From: Acaryochloris marina S15
GTDB lineage: Bacteria; Cyanobacteriota; Cyanobacteriia; Thermosynechococcales; Thermosynechococcaceae
Assembly: GCF_018336915.1 (NCBI RefSeq)
Contig: NZ_CP064923.1
Location: 5,160,001-5,192,000, forward strand
DNA length: 32,000 nt
Direction: 5' to 3'
This document shows, in pieces, positions 20,237 through 29,383 of the stretch (the first letter of the stretch is position 1; every line of letters starts with the position of its first letter). The notes below the pieces were generated by a model, which was not told where the DNA came from, did no database searches, and saw nothing but the letters and a program-made list of their open reading frames with translations. A program made the translations under genes and the position numbers.

Positions 20237-20344
20237 CCAACGCCTGTGCCACTGTGATGTCTTTATTTCTATTCAGAAGACTTCCAAATATCCATAGAGA
20301 ATATCCAAGCTTCATACCATGAGACATACGTCAGGATTTCTAGT

Positions 20345-21112
20345 GTGCAAATTCAATTAGTATGGACTGATCCAAATTCCGGCAAGATTTACAAGCCTCA
20401 ATTGCAGCCTCCTGTCGCTCTAGGACGCAGCTTTAATCTAATGCCTGGAACCCATGCAAGCCAGGCAGTCAGTCGGATTGTGCTTGATGCTGATACTGTC
20501 CAAGCATTTCACGCTTTGCTGGAAATCCGACAGGGTAGCGTTTGGTTGTGCAGTCAAGCAGACAGCCAAATTAACGGAGTGACGGTTACCGAAGGAGTGC
20601 TCACCCATGGTGATCGGATTCAGGTGGGACCATTTGAGCTCACTTTTACCGTTGTCTTAGACGTCATTGAAGAAGAGGAAGAGATTCAGGATGCAGTGCC
20701 TGCTGCCAGGGTGAACCAGGGTAAAACTCCATTAGCGGGTTTGGCACAAGTCGCTGCAGAACTCCCTGGACAGACTGCAAAAGCACTCGGCCGTTCTTCT
20801 GGGGAATGGGTTTGCGATCGCACCATCGGTTTCCTGTTCAAACGGCGATGCGATCGCACCACCGCACTAGGGTGTCCTTACTGTAACAACGGCCAAAGTA
20901 AGCTCGACCAAGACCCTTATTGGCTTGACTATGACCTCTATCCCAACTTTGGCTCCTATCGTCCCGGTAATTGGGGATATGAATACTATCGAGATCGCGC
21001 CTACTACTGCTACAACCGCGAATCGCGAAATGTCGATTTTACGGAAGCTGATGCGGCCAGTTTTGAAGAAGAATCGGATACGGATTATGAGATGAATTTT
21101 GGGGCCAGTTAA
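20345..21112 (+). CDS. FHA-domain protein with a Cys-cluster and a Tyr/Trp-rich acidic C-terminal half, 255 aa
   Basis: GTG start. FHA-like N-terminus: ALGRS...IVLDADTVQAFHALLEI...SQINGVTV...HGDRIQVGPFELTF. The C-terminal Cys cluster is CDRTIGFLFKRRCDRTTALGCPYC. Confidence 0.7.
   Translation: MQIQLVWTDPNSGKIYKPQLQPPVALGRSFNLMPGTHASQAVSRIVLDADTVQAFHALLEIRQGSVWLCSQADSQINGVTVTEGVLTHGDRIQVGPFELTFTVVLDVIEEEEEIQDAVPAARVNQGKTPLAGLAQVAAELPGQTAKALGRSSGEWVCDRTIGFLFKRRCDRTTALGCPYCNNGQSKLDQDPYWLDYDLYPNFGSYRPGNWGYEYYRDRAYYCYNRESRNVDFTEADAASFEEESDTDYEMNFGAS
20814..20857. repeat. Two HIP1 octamers (GCGATCGC) 36 bp apart inside the FHA gene; part of 12 copies in the window
   Basis: Exact GCGATCGC at 20814-20821 and 20850-20857. 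Both are read as TGC GAT CGC ACC, encoding Cys-Asp-Arg-Thr. Confidence 0.9.
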
Positions 21113-22113
21113 TGGCTACTTGGTTGATTTATGCCCTGGGTGGAGGTTGGGGCCATCTCAATCGGGCCATTGCCTTGGGGCGACAAGCAGCGACTCATCA
21201 TCAAGTTCGCATCCTCACCAATTCTCCCTATGCCCATTGGGTTGAAACGCAACTCCCTCAAATAGACTTCAGCCCATCTGTTTTGCAGAATCTATCGCTA
21301 CAGATTCTACCCCTTGCTTCTGTTGCAGAAACGCGACATCAGGTGCAAGCCATTGTCCAAGCCCAAAACTATGACTGCCTGATCGTCGATACTTTTCCCC
21401 GTGGCCTCGGTGGAGAGCTAGTCGATTGCTTCCCGCTCCTATCGTCCATTCCCAAAGTTCTTATTCATCGGGATATTGATCCAGCCTACGTTCAAGCCAA
21501 ACAGGTGGGGAAATTTGTTGCGCACTACTACGACACTCTCGTCATTCCAGGTGAGGGAGACGATGTCCCGTTCGCTTATTTCCCCCAAGCGGTTCAGACC
21601 TTGCCTTGGTTAATGCTGAATGCCCAAGCGTTACCCTCTGTTTCGCCAACAGAGCAGCCCACTATTGTCGTCGTGGCAGCGGGTAATCAGGAAGAAATGG
21701 CCTTTTGGGGACAGTTGATGGCACGATTACTGACCAACTTTCCTGCAGTCACCTGTCGATGTCTGGCTTATACTTGTCCTCCCCATTGTCCACCACACCT
21801 TTGGGTTCAAGAGTGGCCGGGCATGCCCGTTTTAAACCAGGCAGATGTAGTTATCGGTGGGGCAGGCTACAATACCGTGTTTGAATGTCAAGCTCTGGGC
21901 AAACCCCTGATTTCCTTCGCCTGGCCGCGGCAATATGATCGACAACAGCACCGAGGCCAGCGGTGGGCAAAGTTGGTGGAGACGCCTCAAGTCGCAATAG
22001 ATACGGTGAAAAGTTTATTGCAGACTCCTCGTGACCAGCGGGAGAGTCAGAACTATGGGAACGGTATTGGGGATGCGATCTCAATCATTGAAACCCAATA
22101 TTCACAACGATAG
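21112..22113 (+). CDS. GT-B fold glycosyltransferase, MurG/PseG (GT28)-like, 333 aa
   Basis: N-terminal Gly loop LGGGWGHLNRAIALG and C-terminal GGAGYNTVFECQALGKPLISF...YDRQQ, which resembles the MurG C-terminal donor-binding region. Its ATG overlaps the FHA stop (TAATG at 21110-21114). Confidence 0.65.
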   Translation: MATWLIYALGGGWGHLNRAIALGRQAATHHQVRILTNSPYAHWVETQLPQIDFSPSVLQNLSLQILPLASVAETRHQVQAIVQAQNYDCLIVDTFPRGLGGELVDCFPLLSSIPKVLIHRDIDPAYVQAKQVGKFVAHYYDTLVIPGEGDDVPFAYFPQAVQTLPWLMLNAQALPSVSPTEQPTIVVVAAGNQEEMAFWGQLMARLLTNFPAVTCRCLAYTCPPHCPPHLWVQEWPGMPVLNQADVVIGGAGYNTVFECQALGKPLISFAWPRQYDRQQHRGQRWAKLVETPQVAIDTVKSLLQTPRDQRESQNYGNGIGDAISIIETQYSQR

Positions 22114-22457
22114 ATCTGCTGGATGATTTGCCTCTTATCATCATCAGCGATCAGCCCACTGCTCGTTCAGTAACCTTGATTAAGCAAGCCCCTCAGCTTG
22201 AGCCATCTCCCATGGCTTGTTCTCACGGATACAACAAGGATTACCAGTCAGCTATACCCTTCAGTAATCATGGCCATGCGGGTGGATGAATCGTTTTATC
22301 CGGTTGGGTCATCCATCATCTCGCCCTATAACCCCAGGTGAATGCATAATCTTTGTTTAGATCGCTTCTGTAATGCATAAAAGTTCTCGTAAAGTAATAG
22401 CTAAGAGCTTTATCACATCAGCTTTGTAGGCTCAACCAGCGGCACAATCCTATCAGC

Positions 22458-23951
22458 GTGGGAACAGAACACATGAAAACGGATGAACGTATGCCCAGAG
22501 AAGCGGGAGATCTAGCGGATAGCCCTTCTCAACTAGAACTTGATATCCAAGTCCCTGGAGACAAGCAGCCCAAACACTCCAGACCTTCAGTTTTTGGTAA
22601 AAAGTCTCCCTGGCCCATTGCCATTCTCGTGATGTTGGTGATTGCAGGACTGTTTGGCTGGCGGCTCTACAACAAGAGCCAGTCCCCTTCTGTATCTGAA
22701 CCTGAAACCGCTTCTACCGCCAAATTACCCGTGCGGGCGGTGCGGGCTCAATTAGCCCCCATTCGCCGCTGGGTCACCAATCCCGATGGAGATGTAAGGG
22801 CAGAGCGATATAAACAACTAATTTTTGAATCCAGTGGGGAAGTCACTCAGCTCGCCAAAATTAATGGCCGCTTCCTGCGAGAAGGCGATCGAGTGGGGAA
22901 AGGTCAGTTGCTGGCAACCCTGGATGACCGCAAATATCGCTCTGATATTCGAGCTGCAGCAGCCGATCGCGAAGTTGCTAAACGTACTGAAGAGCAGTCG
23001 ATTGCTAGCTTACGTCAGACGGAAGCCAATCTCAGGCAAGCCAAAGCTGACCTAGAACTCGCCAAGATAGAAGCCAAACGACGCCAAACCCTATACAAAC
23101 AAGGAGTGATTCCAGCAACGGAACGGGATACCTACAATAATCGCGTCATTCAAGCCCAAGTGGGGGTCAAGGTAGCCCAAGAAAATGTCAACACGGCCCA
23201 AGATCAAATTGCCGTATCCAAAGCAGGCGTCGTTTCCAACCAGGCGCGATTATTGAACACGGTGATTGCCAGAGAAGATACCCAGCTCGTATCTCCCATC
23301 AATGGGATTGTCGCTTATATGAATATTCGGGAAGGGGAATATTGGAGTCCTTCCAGAGTGCAATCTGCCACCAGTTATCAATCTGCTATCGAGTCCGTGC
23401 CCATTGTAGTGGTGGACCCCAATAGTTTCGAGGTTGCCTTTGAAATCCCGGCCTCGGAAGGGAGCTTGCTGCGCCCCAATCAGCCAGCCTATATTGCCTT
23501 GGATGACGATATTAGCCAAGCCTTTGTCCAGGGACTGAATCAAAGAAATCTAGTCAGCGTGGCGAAAGCCCGAGGCAAGGTATTTTCCGTCACCCCAGCC
23601 GTCACCCCTGGAGGCAGGGCCGTTCAAGTGCGGGTTCGGATTACGGAAGGGCGCGAAAATTTACGCCTAGGTGCGCGGGTACAAACCTGGATTGCAGCTC
23701 AATCTAGAAGCCAGGCCATTACATTGCCTTTTGGGTCCGTGATCACCCGCGATCGCAAATCCTATGTGTTTGTTGTTGATGAGGAGACGGGCCGAGTGGA
23801 GCAGCGTCCCGTGGTTTTAGATATTGAAGGATTGGATCGAATTTCGATTGCTCAGGGCTTGAAACCAGGTGAATTAGTTGTGACTGAAGGCAGTAACCGA
23901 CTAGTGAATAATTCCCCCGTCGATGTTGTCGATGTCGAGGATCCAGCCTAA
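22458..23951 (+). CDS. RND efflux periplasmic adaptor (membrane fusion protein, HlyD family), 497 aa
   Basis: N-terminal TM (WPIAILVMLVIAGLFGW), a long coiled-coil hairpin (…ANLRQAKADLELAKIEAKRRQTLYKQGVI…) and beta-barrel-type C-terminal segments. The start is uncertain: GTG at 22458 or ATG at 22473. Confidence 0.85.
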   Translation: MGTEHMKTDERMPREAGDLADSPSQLELDIQVPGDKQPKHSRPSVFGKKSPWPIAILVMLVIAGLFGWRLYNKSQSPSVSEPETASTAKLPVRAVRAQLAPIRRWVTNPDGDVRAERYKQLIFESSGEVTQLAKINGRFLREGDRVGKGQLLATLDDRKYRSDIRAAAADREVAKRTEEQSIASLRQTEANLRQAKADLELAKIEAKRRQTLYKQGVIPATERDTYNNRVIQAQVGVKVAQENVNTAQDQIAVSKAGVVSNQARLLNTVIAREDTQLVSPINGIVAYMNIREGEYWSPSRVQSATSYQSAIESVPIVVVDPNSFEVAFEIPASEGSLLRPNQPAYIALDDDISQAFVQGLNQRNLVSVAKARGKVFSVTPAVTPGGRAVQVRVRITEGRENLRLGARVQTWIAAQSRSQAITLPFGSVITRDRKSYVFVVDEETGRVEQRPVVLDIEGLDRISIAQGLKPGELVVTEGSNRLVNNSPVDVVDVEDPA

Positions 23952-23995
23952 GTCAGCAGATTGAATCACAGCACTACACCGCAAGGATAAGACCC

Positions 23996-26900
23996 ATGCA
24001 AACAGAGGATCGGCCAACTACCCTGGAAGCTCCAGATAAACCCGTGCATGGTGCTTCCGAGCTAGAGAAAGCTTCGCCTTTGGCCCAGTTTTTCTTCACC
24101 CGCCAAGTGTTTGGGATTCTACTCTGTTTTCTGCTGGTGATGGGTGGCCTGATGGGGTACGTTTCCATGGTCAAAGAATCTGACCCCGACATCAAAATTG
24201 CCCGGGCTAATATCACCACTGCCTGGCCCGGCACCGATGCCGAAACGATTGAAAACCGCGTTACGGACAAACTAGAAAAGGAAATTAAGTCTCTGCAAGG
24301 GTTGAAGGATGTTAAAAGTGCCACCTTCAATTCCTATTCGATCATTGATGTTGAATTTCGCGCGGAAGCTCCTGTGGCCGCATCCATACAAGAGCTGCGG
24401 GGTAAAGTCGATGATGCAGTACCAGAGCTGCCTGCAGAATCTGAAGGACGCGAACAACCCGATTTTGTCCAAGTCTCCCAACAAGATGCACCGATTTTGA
24501 CGGTGGGGTTGTTTGGCCCCAACTTAGATGCTGCCACCTTAAGTCAAACCGCAGAAGATCTCAAAGATATTTTGGAATCGGTTAAAAACCTGCGAGAAGT
24601 CAATCTATCGGGCAATCGGGATGAAGTCATTCATGTGCAGCTGATTCCCAGCCGTCTGACCAGCTTAGGAATTTCCTCGACCCAGGTGCGAAACGCCATT
24701 CAAGGGGGCAATCAAGATGCCTCCTGGGACCGGGTTCGGGATGATGCGATTGGGGCGCAAGTGCGTCTATTTGGCCGGTTTCGCAGTATCCAGGATTTGA
24801 AATCCCTGCCCGTGACTCGACTGACGGATAACCGGATTGTCCGCTTAGAAGAAGTCGCGGATGTGCGGCGGGATTTGGAACGGGAAACCAATCGAGCTTT
24901 TCTCAGTTGGGAAAATCAGCCCTTTCAATCCACTATTACCTTAGACATCGTTAAGGTGGCCGGCAGCGACACCATCCAAGTGATTACTGATGCCCTCCAA
25001 ACCCTAGACGAGGCCAGCCAAAACCCGAAAGTTTGGCCAGCAGGGATGGAGTATCGGGTTCTGAACAACGATGCGATCACCATTAATGATGAACTCGCCA
25101 ATCTGCTGAGTAATGTCGGTCAGGCCTCTTTTTTCGTCTTTATTATTCTTCTCGTAGCCTTAACCTGGCGAGAAGCCCTGATTGCCGGACTAGCCATTCC
25201 CCTCACCTTTATTGGTGCTATCTTCTTCCTCTGGTTAGGAGGACAAACCCTCAACTCCATGGTGCTGATCGGCATGATCCTAGCCCTCGGGCTGCTGGTG
25301 GATGTGTTTATTCTGATGTTGGAAGGGATGCATGATGGGATTTTTGTCGAGGGCTTGGGATTTTCTGAATCCGCCCTGCGGACCGTTAAAGCCTATGCCG
25401 GGCCTGCCTTTGCCGGACAACTCACCACCATCTTGGCCCTTGCCCCCCTGATGGCCATTTCCGGCACCATGGGCAAGTTTATTCGCCTCATTCCCATCAG
25501 CGCCATTACCTGTTTGGTGATCAGCTATTTTCTGTCCCTACTGGTGGTAATTCCCCTGTCCAAGTTTCTGCTGGGAAATGTGAAGGGCGGCACCCAAAAA
25601 ACCTTTGTGGATCGGATGACCGAAGTGGCCTCGGCCCGCTTTACAAACTGGAGCCTGCAAATGACCGTTCCCAATAAGGCCGTGGCTCGGCTATGGTCCT
25701 TGGGGGCAGTGGGGCTATTCGTCTTTGCCTGCGTCTTATTTACCTCGTTGCCCTCGAACTTATTCCCCCAAAATGACGGCACTAAACTCAGCCTGAATGT
25801 GGAGCTGGCCCCTAGCACAACTCTAGAGAGTTCCCAAACCGTCGCTGATCAAATGGGAGACCTGCTGCTAGACTATCGCGATCCAGATGGGCAGCCCGTC
25901 TTCAAAAGCGTGGTCAAACTGGTGGGTAAACGCAGCAGCTTAGTCTCTTCCGGGGAGCTAAAGCCCGGCAACGCCGACTATTTTGTGGGCTTCTCTGTCA
26001 TCTTTGTTGAGTCTAACCAACGGCAACGTCAGTCCTTTGAATATGCGCGGGAATTGCGATCGCAACTCCAAAACAAAATCCTCCGCAACTATCCCGGCTC
26101 CACCCTCGCCGTCCAGTATGAGCGAGCAGGCGGCGGGGTAGACCCCATTCAAGTGGCCATTAGTGGCGAAGACATGCAGGTGCTGAGAGAAATCTCGGTG
26201 CAGGTGCAGCAAGTCTTGCGGGAGATTCCCGGCACGATGGACGTGCGAGATGACCTAGGCAACCTACGGGAAGACTACAAACTGATTCCGAAGCGAGAAG
26301 CCCTAGATTTCTATGGCCTGAGCCAAAGCGAACTGGCGTCTCAGGGCCGCTATTTGATGATTGACAACGATATTGGTGACTTTCCCGTTGGCAGTGGCGA
26401 AGAAGATCTAGAGATCCATATGAGTACCCTTTGGCCCTCCCGCCAGGGAGAAGTCGGGGGTCCCTCCCGTCAAGATGAATTTCAAACCATTCGGTTTGTC
26501 ACGGCTGACGGCAAAACCATTCCTGCTGAAGCGGTTTTAGAACCTGCCCCTGGAGCCGTGCCTTTGTCTATTACCCACCGAAAAAGCCAACGCACGGTAA
26601 CGGTTCTAGCCAAGAATGTTCCTGGCATTGGAGTGTACGATGCCGATATTTTGGCGAACTTAACACCCAAACTCCAGGAGATGCAAAAAACCTGGCCCCA
26701 GGGCTATCAATATCGTTTCGGCGGCGATGCTGAGACCAGTGGCGAAACCTTTGGGTCCGCAGGTCAGATGTTAGTGGTGGCCATCTTTCTGGTCTTTGCA
26801 GTGTTAGTCCTGCAATTTGGATCTTATAGCCAACCACTGATCATTATCCTGACGATTCCCTTTGCCTTAACCGGGACTTTTATTGGCTTTTACTTCTTGA

Positions 26901-27244
26901 ATTTACCCTTTTCATTTCCAGCAGCCATTGGCGTCATTTCCTTAACAGGGATTGTGGTCAATGATGCAATTGTGATGGTAGAAACCATGAACGAGCGGCG
27001 TAAACAGGGCTTGGAAGTGCGGCAGGCTGCGGCCTTGGGCGCTAGCGATCGCCTTCGTCCTATTTTGACCACCTCTATCACCACGGTGATTGGGCTACTT
27101 CCGTTGGCCTTCAGTGAAGCAGAATGGTTCCCTCTCTGTATGGCCATTATTTTTGGCCTGATCGCCGCTACTTTAATTGCCCTATTAGTGGTGCCAGGGC
27201 TGTATTTACAGCTCACCCCAAATAAGGTGCCCGTAGAGCATTAG
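23996..27244 (+). CDS. RND efflux permease (AcrB/AcrD/AcrF family), 1082 aa
   Basis: Typical length and topology. N-terminal FFFTRQVFGILLCFLLVMGGL followed by a large periplasmic loop. The TM4 region reads MVLIGMILALGLLVDVFILMLEG, and the duplicated second half carries GVISLTGIVVNDAIVMVE. Confidence 0.92.
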   Translation: MQTEDRPTTLEAPDKPVHGASELEKASPLAQFFFTRQVFGILLCFLLVMGGLMGYVSMVKESDPDIKIARANITTAWPGTDAETIENRVTDKLEKEIKSLQGLKDVKSATFNSYSIIDVEFRAEAPVAASIQELRGKVDDAVPELPAESEGREQPDFVQVSQQDAPILTVGLFGPNLDAATLSQTAEDLKDILESVKNLREVNLSGNRDEVIHVQLIPSRLTSLGISSTQVRNAIQGGNQDASWDRVRDDAIGAQVRLFGRFRSIQDLKSLPVTRLTDNRIVRLEEVADVRRDLERETNRAFLSWENQPFQSTITLDIVKVAGSDTIQVITDALQTLDEASQNPKVWPAGMEYRVLNNDAITINDELANLLSNVGQASFFVFIILLVALTWREALIAGLAIPLTFIGAIFFLWLGGQTLNSMVLIGMILALGLLVDVFILMLEGMHDGIFVEGLGFSESALRTVKAYAGPAFAGQLTTILALAPLMAISGTMGKFIRLIPISAITCLVISYFLSLLVVIPLSKFLLGNVKGGTQKTFVDRMTEVASARFTNWSLQMTVPNKAVARLWSLGAVGLFVFACVLFTSLPSNLFPQNDGTKLSLNVELAPSTTLESSQTVADQMGDLLLDYRDPDGQPVFKSVVKLVGKRSSLVSSGELKPGNADYFVGFSVIFVESNQRQRQSFEYARELRSQLQNKILRNYPGSTLAVQYERAGGGVDPIQVAISGEDMQVLREISVQVQQVLREIPGTMDVRDDLGNLREDYKLIPKREALDFYGLSQSELASQGRYLMIDNDIGDFPVGSGEEDLEIHMSTLWPSRQGEVGGPSRQDEFQTIRFVTADGKTIPAEAVLEPAPGAVPLSITHRKSQRTVTVLAKNVPGIGVYDADILANLTPKLQEMQKTWPQGYQYRFGGDAETSGETFGSAGQMLVVAIFLVFAVLVLQFGSYSQPLIIILTIPFALTGTFIGFYFLNLPFSFPAAIGVISLTGIVVNDAIVMVETMNERRKQGLEVRQAAALGASDRLRPILTTSITTVIGLLPLAFSEAEWFPLCMAIIFGLIAATLIALLVVPGLYLQLTPNKVPVEH

Positions 27245-27267
27245 GCGGTTCAAACCAGTACAGAAGA

Positions 27268-28611
27268 TTAACCCAGTCTCAAGGCAGGTAATAAAATTTG
27301 GGGATGGAATAGGGCTTTGGGTGGCTTCACCATATGAATGACTTCCCAAAACGTTCGATAGATATAGGACCGATCCAAAGAAGCTTGAACAACGCGATCT
27401 AGATATTGATGCATCAGGCGTGTTTGCCAATTGGGCGTTGGACCTACCGTACTCGGCCATCGTAGATCTTCACTCGTCGCCATCAGCCAAGGCACGACCA
27501 ACATTTGAGCCAACTGTTGATGGAAGATAGGTGTAAAGCCTTGTAATGGAAACTTGCCAGCTGTTTGGTCCAAACACTGATCCAGGGTTAAGGCGCCCAA
27601 TGCAGCTACAGTCATACCTTGACCATAAATAGGATTAAACGCACACACCGCATCCCCCACTGCTACCAGATGTTCGGGCAATCGAGGTAATGCTTCATAG
27701 TGCTGCCAACAATTTTCGGTCCGCCGATAGCTATAGATATCGCTTAAGGGTTGCGCCTGGTGAATCGCATCATAGACTTCATGACTCCGAACTGTCTGGG
27801 CAAATGGGAGAAAGTCTGTTTCATGGGTTGGGGGATAGTCATGGCCAACCCCTACGAGGGTAACTATCCAGCGATTGCCTTCTACGGGATACATCACCAC
27901 CCCCCGCGGATGATCTGGCGGCTTCGTTTGAATAAGCATCACCTTCCAAGGTGCTTGCCAATGGTCAGGAATTTGATACCAACGGCTGCTGTACCCCAAG
28001 AAAGAGTTGATTTCTGTTTGGGGAGGCGACCCATACCCCAGCTGATTGAGCCATTTAGGCAAGGCAGAATTCCGGCCACTGGCATCCACTACTAAATCGG
28101 CACTGAGGGTTTCCGTACTTTGATTTGTTCTGATCTGAACCCCCGTAATCACCGTTTTCTGAGCATTGGCGACCAGGCCGGTCACTCGGGTGGACGGTAG
28201 AAAGGTGAGGTTGGCTTCTTGCGCTAATCGTTGATAAATCAACCACTCCAACAATGCTCGACTACAGGGTCGAGTGCAGAGATCTGATGGCACGGCTTGA
28301 GACCAGCCCCACATACTGAGCCAGCTTAAATCCTTCGTCCAATTGACCTGAGGGGCTCCAGCGGCTGCCAGTTCTGCTTCCAAACCAGGAAAGAGTTGTT
28401 CTAAAATGCGTTGACCTTGGGTCAGAAGAATATGAACATGATGGGCTTGGGGCACTCCTGAACGGGGACTGGGTTGATCGGGGATGCGATCGCGTTCCAA
28501 TACCGTGACTCGCCCAAAGTGGTTCAGCAACACCCGAGCAGCCAACAGCCCGGCCATACTGCCGCCAATCACCACAGCATGTTGTTCTGAGAGGGAGGTG
28601 GAAGCAACCAT
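27268..28611 (-). CDS. FAD-dependent (class A flavoprotein) monooxygenase-like oxidoreductase, 447 aa
   Basis: GxGxxG motif VIGGSMAGLLAA, DG motif VVDASGRNS and GD motif GDAVCAFNPIYGQGM. Confidence 0.8.
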   Translation of the reverse strand: MVASTSLSEQHAVVIGGSMAGLLAARVLLNHFGRVTVLERDRIPDQPSPRSGVPQAHHVHILLTQGQRILEQLFPGLEAELAAAGAPQVNWTKDLSWLSMWGWSQAVPSDLCTRPCSRALLEWLIYQRLAQEANLTFLPSTRVTGLVANAQKTVITGVQIRTNQSTETLSADLVVDASGRNSALPKWLNQLGYGSPPQTEINSFLGYSSRWYQIPDHWQAPWKVMLIQTKPPDHPRGVVMYPVEGNRWIVTLVGVGHDYPPTHETDFLPFAQTVRSHEVYDAIHQAQPLSDIYSYRRTENCWQHYEALPRLPEHLVAVGDAVCAFNPIYGQGMTVAALGALTLDQCLDQTAGKFPLQGFTPIFHQQLAQMLVVPWLMATSEDLRWPSTVGPTPNWQTRLMHQYLDRVVQASLDRSYIYRTFWEVIHMVKPPKALFHPQILLPALRLG

Positions 28612-28699
28612 TAATCGCGTTTAATCCACTGCTACAAACCCTGAATGCGATCAGCATAGCACTGGAATTTCTTGGAGTAGGGTAGATATTAACCCACCC

Positions 28700-29362
28700 T
28701 TGAGACCACAACCTGCAGTGAACCCACTACGTTGGCAAACCTTAATACATCAACTGGGCGCTAAGCCCTCTCTGGATACCTACCAGCAGTTAGTTCGCGC
28801 CTATACCGAGCCCCATCGCCACTATCACACCGCAGCCCATATTGATGCCTGCTTACATCATTTTGACAGTGTAAAATCTCTGGCCCAAGCGCCTGCCACC
28901 TTAGAAATGGCCCTCTGGTTTCACGATGCCGTGTATCAAACTCAGTCCACCCAAAACGAGCAAAATAGCGCGGACTGGGCCGTCCAGTTTTTACAGCAAG
29001 CCGAGGTAGCAGCGGACCCATGCCATCAAGTTCACCAGTTAATTATGGCAACTGCAGCGCATACCATCCATAACGATGAAGATACTGCGTTGATGATAGA
29101 TATTGATTTGGCTATTCTAGGCCAGGACACCCAGACCTTTACCAACTTTGAAACTCAGATTCGTCAGGAATACGCTTGGGTAACCATTGCCGAATACTGT
29201 CGACGACGCAGTCAGATATTAGAGACTTTTGCGCAGCGTCCCCATCTTTATCAAACCGCTTATTTCCAAGAACGCTATGAGGCCCTTGCCCGGTCCAATC
29301 TACAAACCGCTATCCAGCGTTTACAAGCTGGCATCCTGCCAAACAATGGGGATAATGAATAA
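28700..29362 (+). CDS. HD-superfamily metal-dependent phosphohydrolase-like protein (COG4339-like), 220 aa
   Basis: The motifs HRHYHTAAHIDACLHHF and ALWFHDAVY give an H...HD metal-site pattern. The start is non-ATG, either TTG 28700 or GTG 28718. Confidence 0.6.
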   Translation: MRPQPAVNPLRWQTLIHQLGAKPSLDTYQQLVRAYTEPHRHYHTAAHIDACLHHFDSVKSLAQAPATLEMALWFHDAVYQTQSTQNEQNSADWAVQFLQQAEVAADPCHQVHQLIMATAAHTIHNDEDTALMIDIDLAILGQDTQTFTNFETQIRQEYAWVTIAEYCRRRSQILETFAQRPHLYQTAYFQERYEALARSNLQTAIQRLQAGILPNNGDNE

Positions 29363-29383
29363 GTTAAACCAGAGGAAGTCTGT

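Noticed and set aside
22212-22289. A 25-aa ORF (MACSHGYNKDYQSAIPFSNHGHAGG) in the RND operon leader.
   Set aside because: There is no RBS and no recognisable peptide class. It is too short to support without conservation or ribosome-profiling data.
27247-27256. GGTTCAAACC, which resembles a tRNA T-loop, in the 23-bp gap after the RND pump gene.
   Set aside because: The flanking bases cannot form a T stem, acceptor stem or anticodon arm, so this is not a tRNA.
27268-28611. Speculation that the flavin monooxygenase could be the unidentified chlorophyll d synthase, given the likely Chl d host and the O2 requirement.
   Set aside because: Nothing in the sequence links it to tetrapyrroles. This monooxygenase family is broad, it lies over 20 kb from psaAB, and it has no chlorophyll-biosynthesis neighbours. 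This is pure guilt by organism.
28262-28711. A 149-aa minus-strand ORF overlapping the 5' end of the FAD monooxygenase gene in another frame.
   Set aside because: Its translation is Ser/Arg/Gly/Trp-rich and looks like a shadow frame. The overlapping frame carries a clean GxGxxG FAD-binding N-terminus.
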